Positions 50,881-62,819 of a DNA stretch of 64,000 bases are shown here, one piece after another; the stretch's first letter is position 1, and every line of letters begins with the position of its first letter. The stretch spans positions 1,584,115-1,648,114 of the forward strand of contig MU053365.1 of the NCBI GenBank assembly GCA_013239625.1. Reading direction: 5' to 3'. Both the position numbers and the translations under genes were made by a program. This DNA is from Lama guanicoe. Taxonomy: Eukaryota. The notes beneath the pieces were generated by a model that was given only the letters and a program-made list of their open reading frames with translations, had not been told where the DNA came from and did not search any database.

Positions 50881-52279
50881 GTCCACCTCACTATCTACTT
50901 AGGATTCATTTTGGAAGATGTGGGCATAAATAATAAATACAAGAGATTAACTTCAAAGAGAAAATCTACATAGATAATGCTTATATATATATTTTTTCCT
51001 GATGTGGGTTAATGGTATTCTATAGACATAGGCTAATAATAGTTCATATTTCAGTTTAAAGTGAACTACAGTACATAGTCAAAAAATTTTCTCTAATGAG
51101 AAAATTCACTATGTACAGCTCCTTAAAATGGTACTTTAAAAGGGTTGAAATATAGATCTCAGTATCCTCCTGCATTTTCTAAAGGCTGAGAACTCCTTGA
51201 AGTTATTAAAGCAATAAATGAACACTCCTCTACTAGTCAATGAATATTCTGGAGAGATGCCTATACATTAATGAATATTTTTGAATTCTTATTGCTTTTC
51301 ATGTTCAAAGCCGATATATTTTGCTGGAAACATTGATTTTTGATTATGATTCTCTTGCAAAAGGTTTACCTCTGACCTTGAGATTTTTCTTGGTTAAAGC
51401 AGTCATCCAAATGTCTGAGAATGAAAGCATATTTTACTTAAGAGTTTTTACTGTAAGTAGCAATACAATATACCTACTAAATGGGAATCTTCTGTTTCCA
51501 TGGAGTAGAGATTTGGTTTCAGGAAGCAGTGACACAGCTGCAGTGGACTGAGCTCAGAGCTCGCTTTTCTAAGTCTTTGTCTTATGAATTTGGTTAGATA
51601 AAATGTCAGTCTGAATACCTTAAAATTTTTAAAGATGGATAAATGCTTTTAGAGATTCATTTCTCTTTAATGATTCCCTGGACTCTTTAAGAAAGACATC
51701 TTGGAATCCTTAAAAGTCTAAAATAATATGAATGGGATCAGAATAATTCAGGTGGTGACTGGCAACGGAAGACTATAGGGTGCATTAAGATGTTAAAATA
51801 TACTCAGCATAGTGTTAGAGCTTAAAGAGCTCACAGAACTCATCTTGTTAAATTGATCAACATGTGTAGAGGGGCAGACACTTGCCTAATGTTACACAGT
51901 GAGTGAACCGCAGAGCCAGTCCTTGAACCCAGTAAAACTGGTCCTCACTATAGGTTTTTCCCACTATGTACTCCCATATAGGGAAAGTCATCACTAGAGC
52001 TGTTCCATTTAGAAATGGTAGTAAGGGATATAGTCTTCAGTAAAGTATTTGAAATTAAATAAGGTGCTTTTAGCAGACAGAAACAATGGCTTAAGGGCCA
52101 ATGGCATTTTAATTTTGAATATTTGATTTTCCTTTTTATATCTGATATTTGATGGTCAAAATATCCAAAAAATGATAAGGACAAACATGCATGCTTTATC
52201 ATATATTGAATACATATCATTATGAGTTTCAAAAGCTTTTTAAAGAAATTTCCACATGACAGATAATAGATTGCCCATG

Positions 52280-52620
52280 TTTCTGTGGTCTTTTAGGTTT
52301 ACAAAGTATTTTCATGTTCTTTATCTCTGTGAATTCTCTTAACAGGCCTGCCTACAGTGCAGATAATGTTTATTTCCTTTTAGGAATGATGACTTGAGAT
52401 TCCATAAATGTAGGACGTGAATAAGTTAGGTAGGTGATGACAGAGGCAGGATTCAAACCTTTGTCCTCAAAGTTTGGTGTCCATCAGAATCCCCTGCTGG
52501 TTTTGTTAAAGCTCTCTTGTGGGTCAGAGTTTCTGATTCAGTAGGTGTAGGTAGAAGCCTAGCAATTTGTGTTTCTTAAAAGGTTTCAAGTGATACTGAC
52601 CCACCCACTGGTATCGTTAG
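52280..52620. mobile_element. MIR (minus strand) followed by MER5A
   Basis: 'gacagaggcaggattcaaacc' then 'cagagtttctgattcagtaggtgtagg...gcaatttgtgtttctt'. Confidence 0.7.
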
Positions 52621-53320
52621 TCCTAGACCCAGTCTATCTATATTCTCCCGTGGTCTTTCTTATAGAATGGGGGTGTTTCATAAGAAAGTGGTTTGCTTAA
52701 TCCCTTTCCTCAGTAAGTCCTCTTTACATTCAGCAAGTTGCTAAAGTAGTATCTTGTGTTTTGCATCTGCTCACATCAATGATGCTTTTAAATAGAAAAA
52801 AACCCAACATATATGCATCAAATCCATTGGATGATGTATATATCATTTTGTTATGTTAAAGTAAGCTTCATCAATGATTTTAAAATACATTTTATTTTAT
52901 GGTTAGTTCTATCTTGTGCACTAATATTCCACTTGTAATTCTGCTGGTGATTAAGTAATACTGATATTGTTATTTCCTGGATCTGCTCCCAAATGCACTG
53001 CACACTAAATAGGATGAAAATCTAAAGTAAGTTGCTTCTGAAAACTACGGTGCTTCAGCAGGTGGTTAGTTACCACCTGTAAACTTTAACTAAGTCTTAA
53101 ATTAAAAACCTTGTGCTTGATAGATTTATAAAATATTAGTCACTGAATTTAAAATAGAATTTGATAAGTAAAAGTCTTATTTTTATTAGAGAATGCAAGA
53201 TAAGTTTTAAAAGGTAACATCTAAGAAGTTTTATTGCCATTAGACATGTTTTATTAATATTTTCATTTTTCTCACTTTTTATTTGAAAGGCATTTGCATG
53301 CTCAACAGTCTGGACTGGTC

Positions 53321-53521
53321 TCAGGTAGCCAGATAAAATACAGGACACCTAGTTAAATTGAATTTCAGAGAAACAAAGTATAAGGTTTTTTTTAGTGTAA
53401 GTATGTCCAAAATACTGCATGGAACATACTTACACTAAAAATGATACTTGTTTTTATTTGTAATTCCAATTTAATTAGGAGTCCTTTTCTTTTCTTTTTT
53501 CTGCTAAATCTGACAACCCTA
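53321..53521. mobile_element. MER53 palindromic hAT MITE
   Basis: 'gccagataaaatacaggacacctagttaaattgaatttcag...gctaaatctgacaacccta' with a central perfect 18-bp inverted repeat. Confidence 0.9.
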
Positions 53522-53653
53522 CACAAAGGTAGGGCATCACCCGCATGTACTTTTATTTTGACTACTGGGTAAAATCATAGGGAGCAGGTACAAGCACCCG
53601 CATTTCATCTTAGCAGTTATGTGTAAAGTAAAATTCAGAAATTAGAATAAGCA

Positions 53654-54249
53654 TGTTAATGGAGAGTATGTTGTTGCCTTGTGCAGGAAAGAATTCAATG
53701 GCGAGACATTGTAAAGTAAAAGCAAGTTTATTCAGGGAGATACACATTCCATAGACAGAGTGCTATCTGCCTCATTCAGAAGGGAGAGTGGCTACGGAGA
53801 TACACATTCCATAGGCAGAATTCGGGCCATCTCAAAAGGCAAGAGGGAGAGAGGCCATGAGGTGTGGGGGTGTTTATTTTAAAGTAAGAGTAGATATACA
53901 CTCCATAGACAGAGTGTGGGCCGTCTCAGAAGTCAAGCAAGAGAGCGACCATGGGGTGCGGGTTTGTTGATTTTTGTGGCCTCAGTAATTTCATATGCTA
54001 ATGAGTGGAAGGATTATTCCAACTACTTTGGGGAAGGGGTGGGAATTTCCAGGAATCGGGCCCCCACCCACTTTTTGACCTTTTATGGTTAGGCTAGGAA
54101 CTGTCATGGTGCCTATGGATGTGCCATGAGGCTCAAGGTCTACTAGAAGTTGAATCTTCTGCCATCTTGGTTTTTACCAGTCTGTCCTGTCCTCAATTGC
54201 TATGTCATTCCTTCAGCGGTTGTACCTTTCCCCCTTCCCTCCTGTCTCA
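53654..54249 (-). mobile_element. ERV1 solo LTR, MER41-like
   Basis: TG...CA with a perfect TSD AGCA (53650-53653, 54250-54253). 'caggaaagaattc', 'gcaagtttatt' and a minus-strand start 'tgagacaggagg' match the recalled MER41 architecture. Confidence 0.85.
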
Positions 54250-54556
54250 AGCATTGAGTTAACATCACATATACCTAGGTTTATTGTACTATGCATATGA
54301 TACATAGTACACATTTTTTGATAAATCATGTTATTAGGATACATATTTAACTATAACCCACTGTGTCTTCAGTGTGTTAAGGTCTTCAAATATGGTCGTG
54401 CATTAAACAAATATGTTCCAAGCACTCAGGATAAGTCAGAATTCACTGTGTTTAATCAAATGTGAGTTTAAATAGATTAACGCATAATTGTTTTCTGTCC
54501 TCCTCCAATGAATTAAATGCCAAGAAAAGGGCATGAAAAGGCACTAAAACTAAAGC

Positions 54557-54887
54557 AGTGATCCTCAACCTTGGCTTCACATTACAATCACTGAGAGAAC
54601 TTTAAATTACATGTCTGGATCCCACCTTCAGATATTCTTATTAATTGACCTGAGGTCTATCAAGCATTGGGGATTTTTAGAAGCTCCTTCAAATGCTTCT
54701 AATTTGTAGCCAAGCTTTCCTAAATTAGTGGTTCTCAAACTTGTTTGCGTATTTAATGACCTAGGTAAATACCTGGATGATCAGACAACACCACAGATCA
54801 ATTAAATAAAAAGGCGAGACTCAGGCTTCATTATTTTTCAAGCTCCACAAATTTATTCCAATATGCAGCCAAGTTGGAAAACCACTG
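54557..54887. mobile_element. Two adjacent MER5A-type elements
   Basis: 'cagtgatcctcaaccttggc...gtagccaag' then 'tagtggttctcaaactt...gcagccaagttggaaaaccactg'. Confidence 0.75.
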
Positions 54888-55599
54888 CTTTGCAGGATTT
54901 GTCTGCACTTTACACATCTTTCTACTCAGGTATGAACTAGACTTTCAGTATTTACCTTATTAAAACTTGAGAAATTAAAGAAAAGACAGAGCCAGAGGAG
55001 GTAATGGAGCTATCTGCTGTGTGATCAGCCTAAGAAAAAAAGATAATAGGAAAAACGTCAAGCATACACTTGAGACTTCTCTATGGAACGCTCTGCCATA
55101 GCGTGAAATCCATTTGGCTTCTCGGTTGCATTTTGGTCTATGTATTTTTCTGCACCAGGATAACTAACAATTCCAAACTGACCAATCAATAACAAAAAAG
55201 TTTTGGAAGCACAAATGTAAAAACCTGCTGCTATGCTGAATACTGAAAACCCTGCTGTTACTTGTTTTCTCTTCTGTATGCATGCCTGAACTTGCCATAT
55301 GAGCAAGTCAACTGTATTTAATGAGCCATAGAAAATTCTGAAAGTCCTCAAGTAGGGCTTCTCAATCTTTAAGATGCATCAGTTGAAATGGATGGATTTG
55401 TTTCACCTTGAAGCATTATCTCAAGTACCATCAATTCCTTTGTTCAATTAGCTCCCATTTATATATATTAATGCCCATTGATTTCTTAATTCAGTTCTAC
55501 CTATATGACCTGATAATAACTTCCTTTTCTTCTCTTTCTTCTGGTGATGACAGTGAGTAGGGTGCCAGGGATTGAAGTGCGAGTGTGAGTGATGGGATG

Positions 55600-55790
55600 G
55601 AAAGAGCCCTAGATTAGGACTCAAGAAAATGCATTTGGATTTTGCTCTATCCAGTGTTACATATTTCACTTAGTTTTCAGATCCTCAGCTTCTTTCTTGT
55701 TCCAGTGACTATAGCATAATACCTGGCCTCAGCCTCACAGAACTGCTGTGAGAATCTAATTAGTTTAGTATGTGTCTTCTGTAAGATAGC
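55600..55790 (+). mobile_element. MIR SINE
   Basis: 'gaaagagccctagattaggactc...ataatacctggcctcagcctcacagaactgctgtgagaat'. Confidence 0.7.
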
Positions 55791-56038
55791 TGACAATGAA
55801 AGACTAATGGCAGCAGCAGGAGCAAATGGAGAATTCGTGGATTTAGACAGGCCCACTGAGGTGGTGTAAGTACTGTGGAAATTGACCTGGGGTAAGGTAT
55901 ATTTTTTCAGTCAAGTAAAAGAAGTCATTCACTTGCAGAAGTTAGGAGCCAGGTGTTGCTGAAGGAACTGGAGATTGAGGAGAATTGAAACATTGGATCA
56001 TCTTTCCCTGATCTCAAGAAATGTAAGCTTTTTGAGTA

Positions 56039-56615
56039 TGGTTACCTGGTAAAATATAGGATATTGTTGGTTCATAACCTCATGAGTTCCCTGGATGAAA
56101 TTCAAAACTGAACCCCATACAGAGAGGTCAAAGAATGACTGAAGAAAGAGGCAGACTACTCCATATTGGTAGTTGGCAGTGTTGATAAGCAAGGGAACTT
56201 ACAGGCTTGTCTTGGGTGCCTGCAAGACAAGTAGGTCTCAGCATGTACCCACCAGAATCTTAAGAGAATATACAGAGGCCTTAACAGGGCTCAGTCACGT
56301 GTACACTGCAGATGGTCTCAATAACACCTTACTCTTTCAGGGCTACATCCTTGAAGTAATTCCTGGTGTGGGGACAGTGGGTGGAATGTACATTCTAGGG
56401 ACAGGGGGTGAAGAGCCTATGATTGCCTGGATCCAGCTCCAGGAGCCTCTCCATGACCTCTAACACACACAGTAAATTTAAATTTGATGTAAACAAAAGT
56501 TTTGTTGTATAGAAGTCCATATATTATAGGGGAAATATATTTAAGAAATCACTTGTTTATCTGAAATTCAGATTTGTGCATCCTGTATTTTTATTTGCTA
56601 AATCTAGCAACCTTA
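56039..56615. mobile_element. MER53 split by an LTR insertion
   Basis: Left end 'ggttacctggtaaaatatagga' (56040-56061); remainder 'cttgtttatctgaaattcagattt...tttgctaaatctagcaacctta' to the right of the LTR. Confidence 0.75.
56065..56465 (-). mobile_element. Solo LTR (probably ERVL class) nested in MER53
   Basis: TG...CA bounded 400-bp GC-richer block precisely interrupting MER53; degenerate 5-bp flanks gatat / cacac. Confidence 0.7.
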
Positions 56616-56879
56616 ATCTTGGGGGTCTTGGGGTTGTCAGTTTTTTTTTTCATCTCCGTTATTACTGTAGCGGAGAATGTTTCAGATATTGATTCCTTGC
56701 ATCTTGCCTTATGATATTGATGATTGACAGGTGATACTTTAATATTGATAGCACTTTAGTGTAGAAAGTGGATTTATGTATCTTGCATGATCTTTACAAG
56801 TATTTTCTTAGGCATTTTCATCCCCATTTTACATATTAGAAAACTGAAAATCAGAGTGATTAGTTGCTCGATAATTGAA

Positions 56880-58280
56880 AAACATAAATGCTAAAATTAG
56901 ATCCTTACTTCACACCATACACAACAATAAATTCCAAATGGATTAAAGACCTAATTGTGAACCAAAAAACTTTAAACAGGTATAAAATCTGTGTAAGAAA
57001 ATGTTTTCATGATCTTGTGGGAAAGAGGACTTCTTTTAAAAGATTTCTTTTAAAAAATTTATTTAAAATGAAAATGATGGGAACTATTCGATATCTTGTA
57101 ACTTAAGTGAAAAACAGTATGAAAACAAAAATATGTATGTTCATGTATGACTGAAGCATTGTGCTGTACACCAGAAATTGGCACACTGTAAACTGACTAT
57201 GTGTCAATAAAAATACAAAGAAAATGAAAATGATGACATCAAGATTTAAAACATTCCTGTGACAGACAAAAAAAAATATCATAAAAGTTTAAAAGACAAA
57301 GGACAGCTTAGGAGAAGATATTTCCAACATAAACAATGTAGAAAGGATTAGAACCCAAAATATATGAAGACATTCTACAAGTGAATAAGAGCATGTGAAT
57401 AATCCAGGTGAAAAATAGACAATGCATACAAATAAGTAATTCACACTAGAGAAAGTTGAATGACAAATAAATATATGAAAAAATGCTACACCTCTATAGT
57501 AATCAGGGGGATGTAAATAAAAACATTAGTGAAATACCATTTCAAACTCTTCAGACTGGGGAAAACTATAAAATCTGGCAATAACAGGTAGATACTTCTG
57601 ATGAGTGTGTAAATTAGGCCAACTATTTTGCAGAATGCAATTCAGAAATAGCTAGAAAATCTGAAGATATGCATACACTGAACCTCAACAATTCTACTTC
57701 TAGATATAATTCCTAGGGAAACTCTCCTGTTTGAGTGCAAAGAGACATACATGAAGTCAGTGCAGCACAGTTTGTGATAAAGATTGGAAATAAATGTCTA
57801 TCAATAGAAAAATACCAAAATAAAGTTTGGTATATTCATGAAGTATGATACTATGTAGCAGTTAAAAATAGTGAACTAGATTTCTATGCCTCAACAGAAT
57901 AAATTTCCACAGTATAATGTGGAGTGAAGTAATTTATAGGGAGATACACCTAGTATGGATACCATTTATGTAATTTAAAAACATATAACAGCAATATATA
58001 GTACTTATGGAAATAAGTATTTATTTATAAAATGTGGATTGGTAAGATAAACACAAAATTCATGGTTTCCTCTGGGGAGGGGCTAAAGCAGGAGAATAGG
58101 ATTGAGCAGGAAATTCTAGAGACAAAAAGTATCAGAAAAGTTTAGTTGCTTATATTTAAAAAAATATGACATGAGTATAGCAAAATTATATGTATCACAT
58201 TCTAGGCCATGGGTAAATAGGTGTTTGCTATAGTAGTCTCTGTACTTCTTGCATTGTAACCTGTTTTTTCCAAATTGAAA
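56880..58280 (+). mobile_element. L1ME-type ORF2 3' region and 3'UTR
   Basis: ORF 56888 begins [20 protein letters not shown] (L1 ORF2) and continues as decayed L1. Confidence 0.85.
57080..57220 (+). mobile_element. Short camelid L1 3' fragment nested in L1ME
   Basis: Perfect 15-bp TSD aaaatgaaaatgatg (57065-57079, 57221-57235); 'gactgaagcattgtgctgtacaccagaaattg'. Confidence 0.92.
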
Positions 58281-59169
58281 ACAAGTATCTTGAAGCTCAG
58301 AGGGGTATATGAATTGTGTAAAATAACCCAGGTAAATAAATATGTGGCTCTACACAGGTAAATTCGCATGCAGCTGAGAAAGCTAATTACATTGACAGAA
58401 GAGCAAAGTGTTCCAAAGGGGCCTTAGGAGGTTTTCAAGTATTTCTCTCTGTGAAACATTATTGATTAATCCTTGCAGCGTTGAGAAGGATTTCATTAGA
58501 GGAAATTGTTCTCACTAACTTTCTTCCATCTCTGAATTTCAAACTCCATGTTGGAGCACTATCCTCTTTGTATCTGTAGGTTGATAACTATCTTAGAGCT
58601 GACACTAAGACGTGCTTTCAGCATCTTCCCAGTATTACCAGATGACAACCCCTGCTCAAAAAAGATGTGATGTGGTTAATTAGTGCTTTTTCTCCTTATT
58701 TTTGGAATTGATTATTGTAATTCACTGCACGCTGGTCTTCCGGGTGTCTGGTAGCGTGAGATTTCAGATGATCTAGGATCCCTGTATTTGAGTTCTTAAG
58801 GAAGGTTTTTATGACAGCCTTCCCTAGACTTAAATGAACTGAGTTAAACCTAATGCTTAATATTCAGAAAGGGTTTTAAAGTTTTGGAACTATCAACTCA
58901 TTAATATAATTCAAGACTTCTCAGAAAGGAAACCTTGATGATTTAATGCTGAATGTTAGTGAAATGCAACAAAAACACTAGATTTGGGTGTAAGATGACT
59001 TGAGTGTTAATAGCAGGCCTTCCTCTAACTAGTTCTGAGACTGAAACAGATACCTTCCCAATCCAGGGACTCAATCAGTTTCTCTATTGACAGGGATAGA
59101 CTAATGAGAAATCACAAGCTGGCATGAAGTGAGCATAATTTAGCCCGTAGGTCCCACTTATTTGATGTA

Positions 59170-59730
59170 GATTTGAGCAGCCTTTGTCACAGTTGATTGC
59201 TTCCTCATCCTGTAAATGCTTTCTTCCCTTTAATTTCTAAGGTACCACACTTTCAGTTTTCCCTTGTTTCACTAGTTCTTCTTTCTTAGTCTCCTTTGTT
59301 TGGAGATTCACATTTACATTTACTATCCATTTACATAGTATAAATTCCACTTACTCCCTTGTAACCATCATTCACTGTCATGGTTTTAAAGCCATGTATT
59401 TATTGACAATGCCCAAATATGTATCTTCAGTCTTGACATCTTGCCTGAATCCCAGACCGAATTGCCTACTTGATATGTCCGCTTTTATGTCTGACATATT
59501 ACTTAAAATCAACATGCCTAAACTTGAACTCTCAATCCCCATCCCTCCTGCACTTCAATCTGCTCTTCAATCTGTGTCCTTTATACCCGTTAAAGGAAAA
59601 GCCATCCTTCTACTGCTCAGGCCAAATAAATACCTTGGAGTCATCATTGAGCCTCTCCTTTTTTCATGCCCCATACCTAGTGATTAGCAAATCTTGTTAG
59701 CTCTAATTTAAAAATATGTTCATAATTTAT
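59170..59730 (+). mobile_element. LINE2 internal fragment
   Basis: 'attgcctacttgatatgtcc...aaaatcaacatgcctaaacttgaactc...ccttggagtcatcattga'. Confidence 0.85.
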
Positions 59731-59899
59731 CAGTCAGTAAAAAGCCCTACACTGAAGAGCAATCCTTGGTAGCAGAGTCCCAATTCAGAAAAACAGGGGC
59801 ATCAGGGGCAAAGGAAAGAGATAGTTGATACAACAGTGGAGAAAGAGCGAAGAGACTACTGAAAAAATATGGTCATTTAGTTTGAACCCTTTGCAAAAA

Positions 59900-61040
59900 T
59901 TGAAGAAAGGGAACTTCATAGCCATGAAGCAAGAAAATCTATTCCAACCTACCCCAGCCTCCTAAAAGTTTAGGAAAATGAATTTCACATAAATATAATC
60001 AAAACTTATCATGAGAGAATCCTATACTAATGAGTAATTTTGAAAATAGGATAAGGTGCAGAATAATATCACTATAGACAATGAAAGCATTTATAGAAAG
60101 ACATAGCCACAAAACAAATAAAATGTGTTATCTGGTATTTCAAAACAGGTTAAAAAGGATTAACAAAATAACAGAAAATATGAAAGAACAATGTAAATTT
60201 GAATTAGATAAACTAGGATGATGTGGTTATACCCAGAAAATAATTATAAGCAAAAGTCATTTCAAAAATAGATTATATTAGGATTACAAGAGCAAATAAA
60301 CACAAGATGATGCTTCTTAAGAGAAATAAAATGTGAAAAGGATAAACTTAAAAAATAAATGAAGAAGAAGATAAAAGAATTTAAGGGAGAGTTTAGCTGA
60401 TTTGTTCTGAGAGTTCATAGGACCCAGACTGTTATATTTTTTTCAGGCCTTACAGCAGGCTCCTTGCATCCACCCACAAAATGGATTGTGCAAAAAAATC
60501 TCCTCCAGTTTTCAGCTGCTGTTCTCAAACAGACCCTGTAGATTTTCCAAGGAAGTTTAGGATTTGCCTTGTCTTATATATTCTTAGCTATTCTTAGCAA
60601 GGGAGCCCCTCACGTCTTCTGTTTCCTCTTGGCTTAATATAGAATTCTTGCCTCATATTTCCTTTCTTGAATTTTTTAAATTAGTTTCGCTATTGCCATG
60701 TGATATGAAACGCTGCTGTTGACGATCTTCACGTAATAGGATTCCTGAAGAAAAAAATATAGCAATTAAAAAAATAAATTATAAAAAATATAATCCAATA
60801 AAACTTTTATGAAATAAAAATACCGATACTATATTGGGAAGAGTACACCACTGACCTGGGAAAAGTAACCTGGAACAATAAACAAGAAGGTTTGTGCAGT
60901 AAAACTGTTGAATTTTAAAGGAGAAAAATAGAGATAACCTCTTGGGCATCTAGGCAAAAACATCAAGTCCCTTAAGAGAGAAGGAAAATCAGATTTTTAT
61001 CAGACTTTTCGAGCCAAACTTATCTTGAAAAAGTGAGGAC
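59900..61040 (+). mobile_element. HAL1 or old L1 ORF1-like relic
   Basis: A-rich sense sequence including 'taataggattcctgaag' and 'aaggaaaatcagatttttatcagactt'. Confidence 0.5.
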
Positions 61041-61348
61041 CAAGGAAAACACTGTCAAAACTTAAGAGAAAACTAAAGTCATTAGATCATCAGGGCATCC
61101 AGAGAAAAATATAAAGCTGCTCCTCAGAATTGTCTGTCCTGGTATTGACAGGGAGAAGCGCTTAGGCAGAGGTTCCTGAATTTCTGGGGTTCACATTCAT
61201 ACATGATCAGTAGGCTCTAACCACTGTCTCAGCTCATGGCCTCAGAGAAGGCCTAGGGCAGGAAACAAAAGATTCATTGCGTGCTTGATGCAGTGTCAAG
61301 ATGAAGTGAGTTGAAGTCCTCATGAAATTTCCACAGCAACTCCTACTT

Positions 61349-62419
61349 TTGTTTTTAATGTGTTTTTTAAAATGTATTTTTATTGAAGTATAGTTAGTTT
61401 ATAATGTGTCAATTTCTAGTATATAGCACAGTACTTCAGTCATATAGGAACATACATATATTCATTTTCATATTTTTTTAACCACAAGTTACTTCAAGAT
61501 ATTGAATATGGTTCCCTGTGCTATACAGTATAAATTTGTTAGATGAGCTATTTTATATATAGTAGTTAGTATCTGCAAATCTCAAACTCCCTATTTATCC
61601 CTTTCCACCCTCTTCCCCCACTGGTAACCATAAGTATGTTTTCTATGTCTGTGAGTCTGTCTCTGTTTTGTAAATAAGTTTGTCTTTTTTTTTTTAGATT
61701 CCACATATTAGTGATATGGTATTTTTCTTTCTCTTTCTGGCTTACTTCACTTAGAATGACAATTCCAGGTCTATCTGTGTTGCTGCAAATAGCATTATTT
61801 TATTATTTTTTATGGCTGAGTAGTGTTCCGTTATATAAATATACCACAGCTACTTTATCCAGTCCTCTGTCAATGGACATTTAGGCTGTTTCCATGTCTT
61901 GGCTGTTGTAAATAGTGCTGCTATGAATATTGGGGTGCATGTATCTTTTTGAATTAGAGTTTCCTCTGGATATATGCCCAGGAGTGGGATTGCTACATCA
62001 TATATTACTCTATTTTTAGTCTTTTGAGGAATCTCCATACTGTTTTCCATAACGTCTGCACCAAACTACATTTCCACCAACAGTGTAGGAGGGTTCCCTT
62101 TTCTCCACAGCCTCTCCAGCATTTATTGTTTGTGAACTTTTGAATGATGGCCATTCTAACTGGTGTGAGGTGGTACCTCATTGTAGTTTTTTTTAACATT
62201 TTTTATTGATTTATAATCATTTTACAATGTTGTGTCAAATTCCAGTGTTCAGCACAATTTTTCAGTCATTCACGGACATATACACACTCATTGTCACATT
62301 TTTTTTTCTCTGTGTAGTTTTTTTTTCTCATTGTAGTTTTGATTTGCATTTCTCTGATAATTAGTGACATTGAACATTTTTTCATGTGCCTACTGGCCAT
62401 TTGTATGTCTTCATTGGGG
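61349..62419 (-). mobile_element. 5'-truncated camelid L1 (ORF2 C-terminus plus 3'UTR), inserted in an old LTR-like element (about 61050-62490)
   Basis: ORFs 62005-62199 ([10 protein letters not shown]...[16 protein letters not shown], the ORF2 cysteine-rich domain) and 61850-62050. TSD aactcctactt (61338-61348) / aattcttactt (62420-62430). Confidence 0.95.
62191..62326 (-). mobile_element. Young camelid L1 3' tip nested in the older L1
   Basis: Perfect 14-bp TSD ctcattgtagtttt (62177-62190, 62327-62340); insert 'ttttattgatttataatcattttacaatgttgtgtcaaattccagtg'. Confidence 0.92.
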
Positions 62420-62819
62420 AATTCTTACTTGAATCAGAGTTGAGGCTGAGAGGACATTAAAGGAATCCGAGATGCCATATCAAGCATCACATTGGTCCCT
62501 ATGAAAAGAGACCTCCTACATGTTGCTAGGCCCCCTCACTAGGAAACATAACAGGAACCCAGTACTGAATTTTCTTCCTTAAAGATTCATGTGTCAAGGA
62601 GCCATTCTCATCTGCACCCTGGATACAAGTGAAAGGTACGTGGATAGTAGACTATTCTACAGAGAAAGATTCCCCTTCTTCTTCCCATTCATTCCTGCAT
62701 CTACATCTTCTTTCTGCAGTCTCTGGTTCATCACTCTTTTAGCTGCACCTCTGTTTACCATGGCTCTTATTTTGCTCTGTTTTCCTTCCTTGGAAAAAAA
62801 TGTTACAGTATAAAGTTTA

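Noticed and set aside
53013..53026. 14-nt microexon-like unit with donor GTAAGT
   Set aside because: Not a multiple of 3 and has a poor pyrimidine tract.
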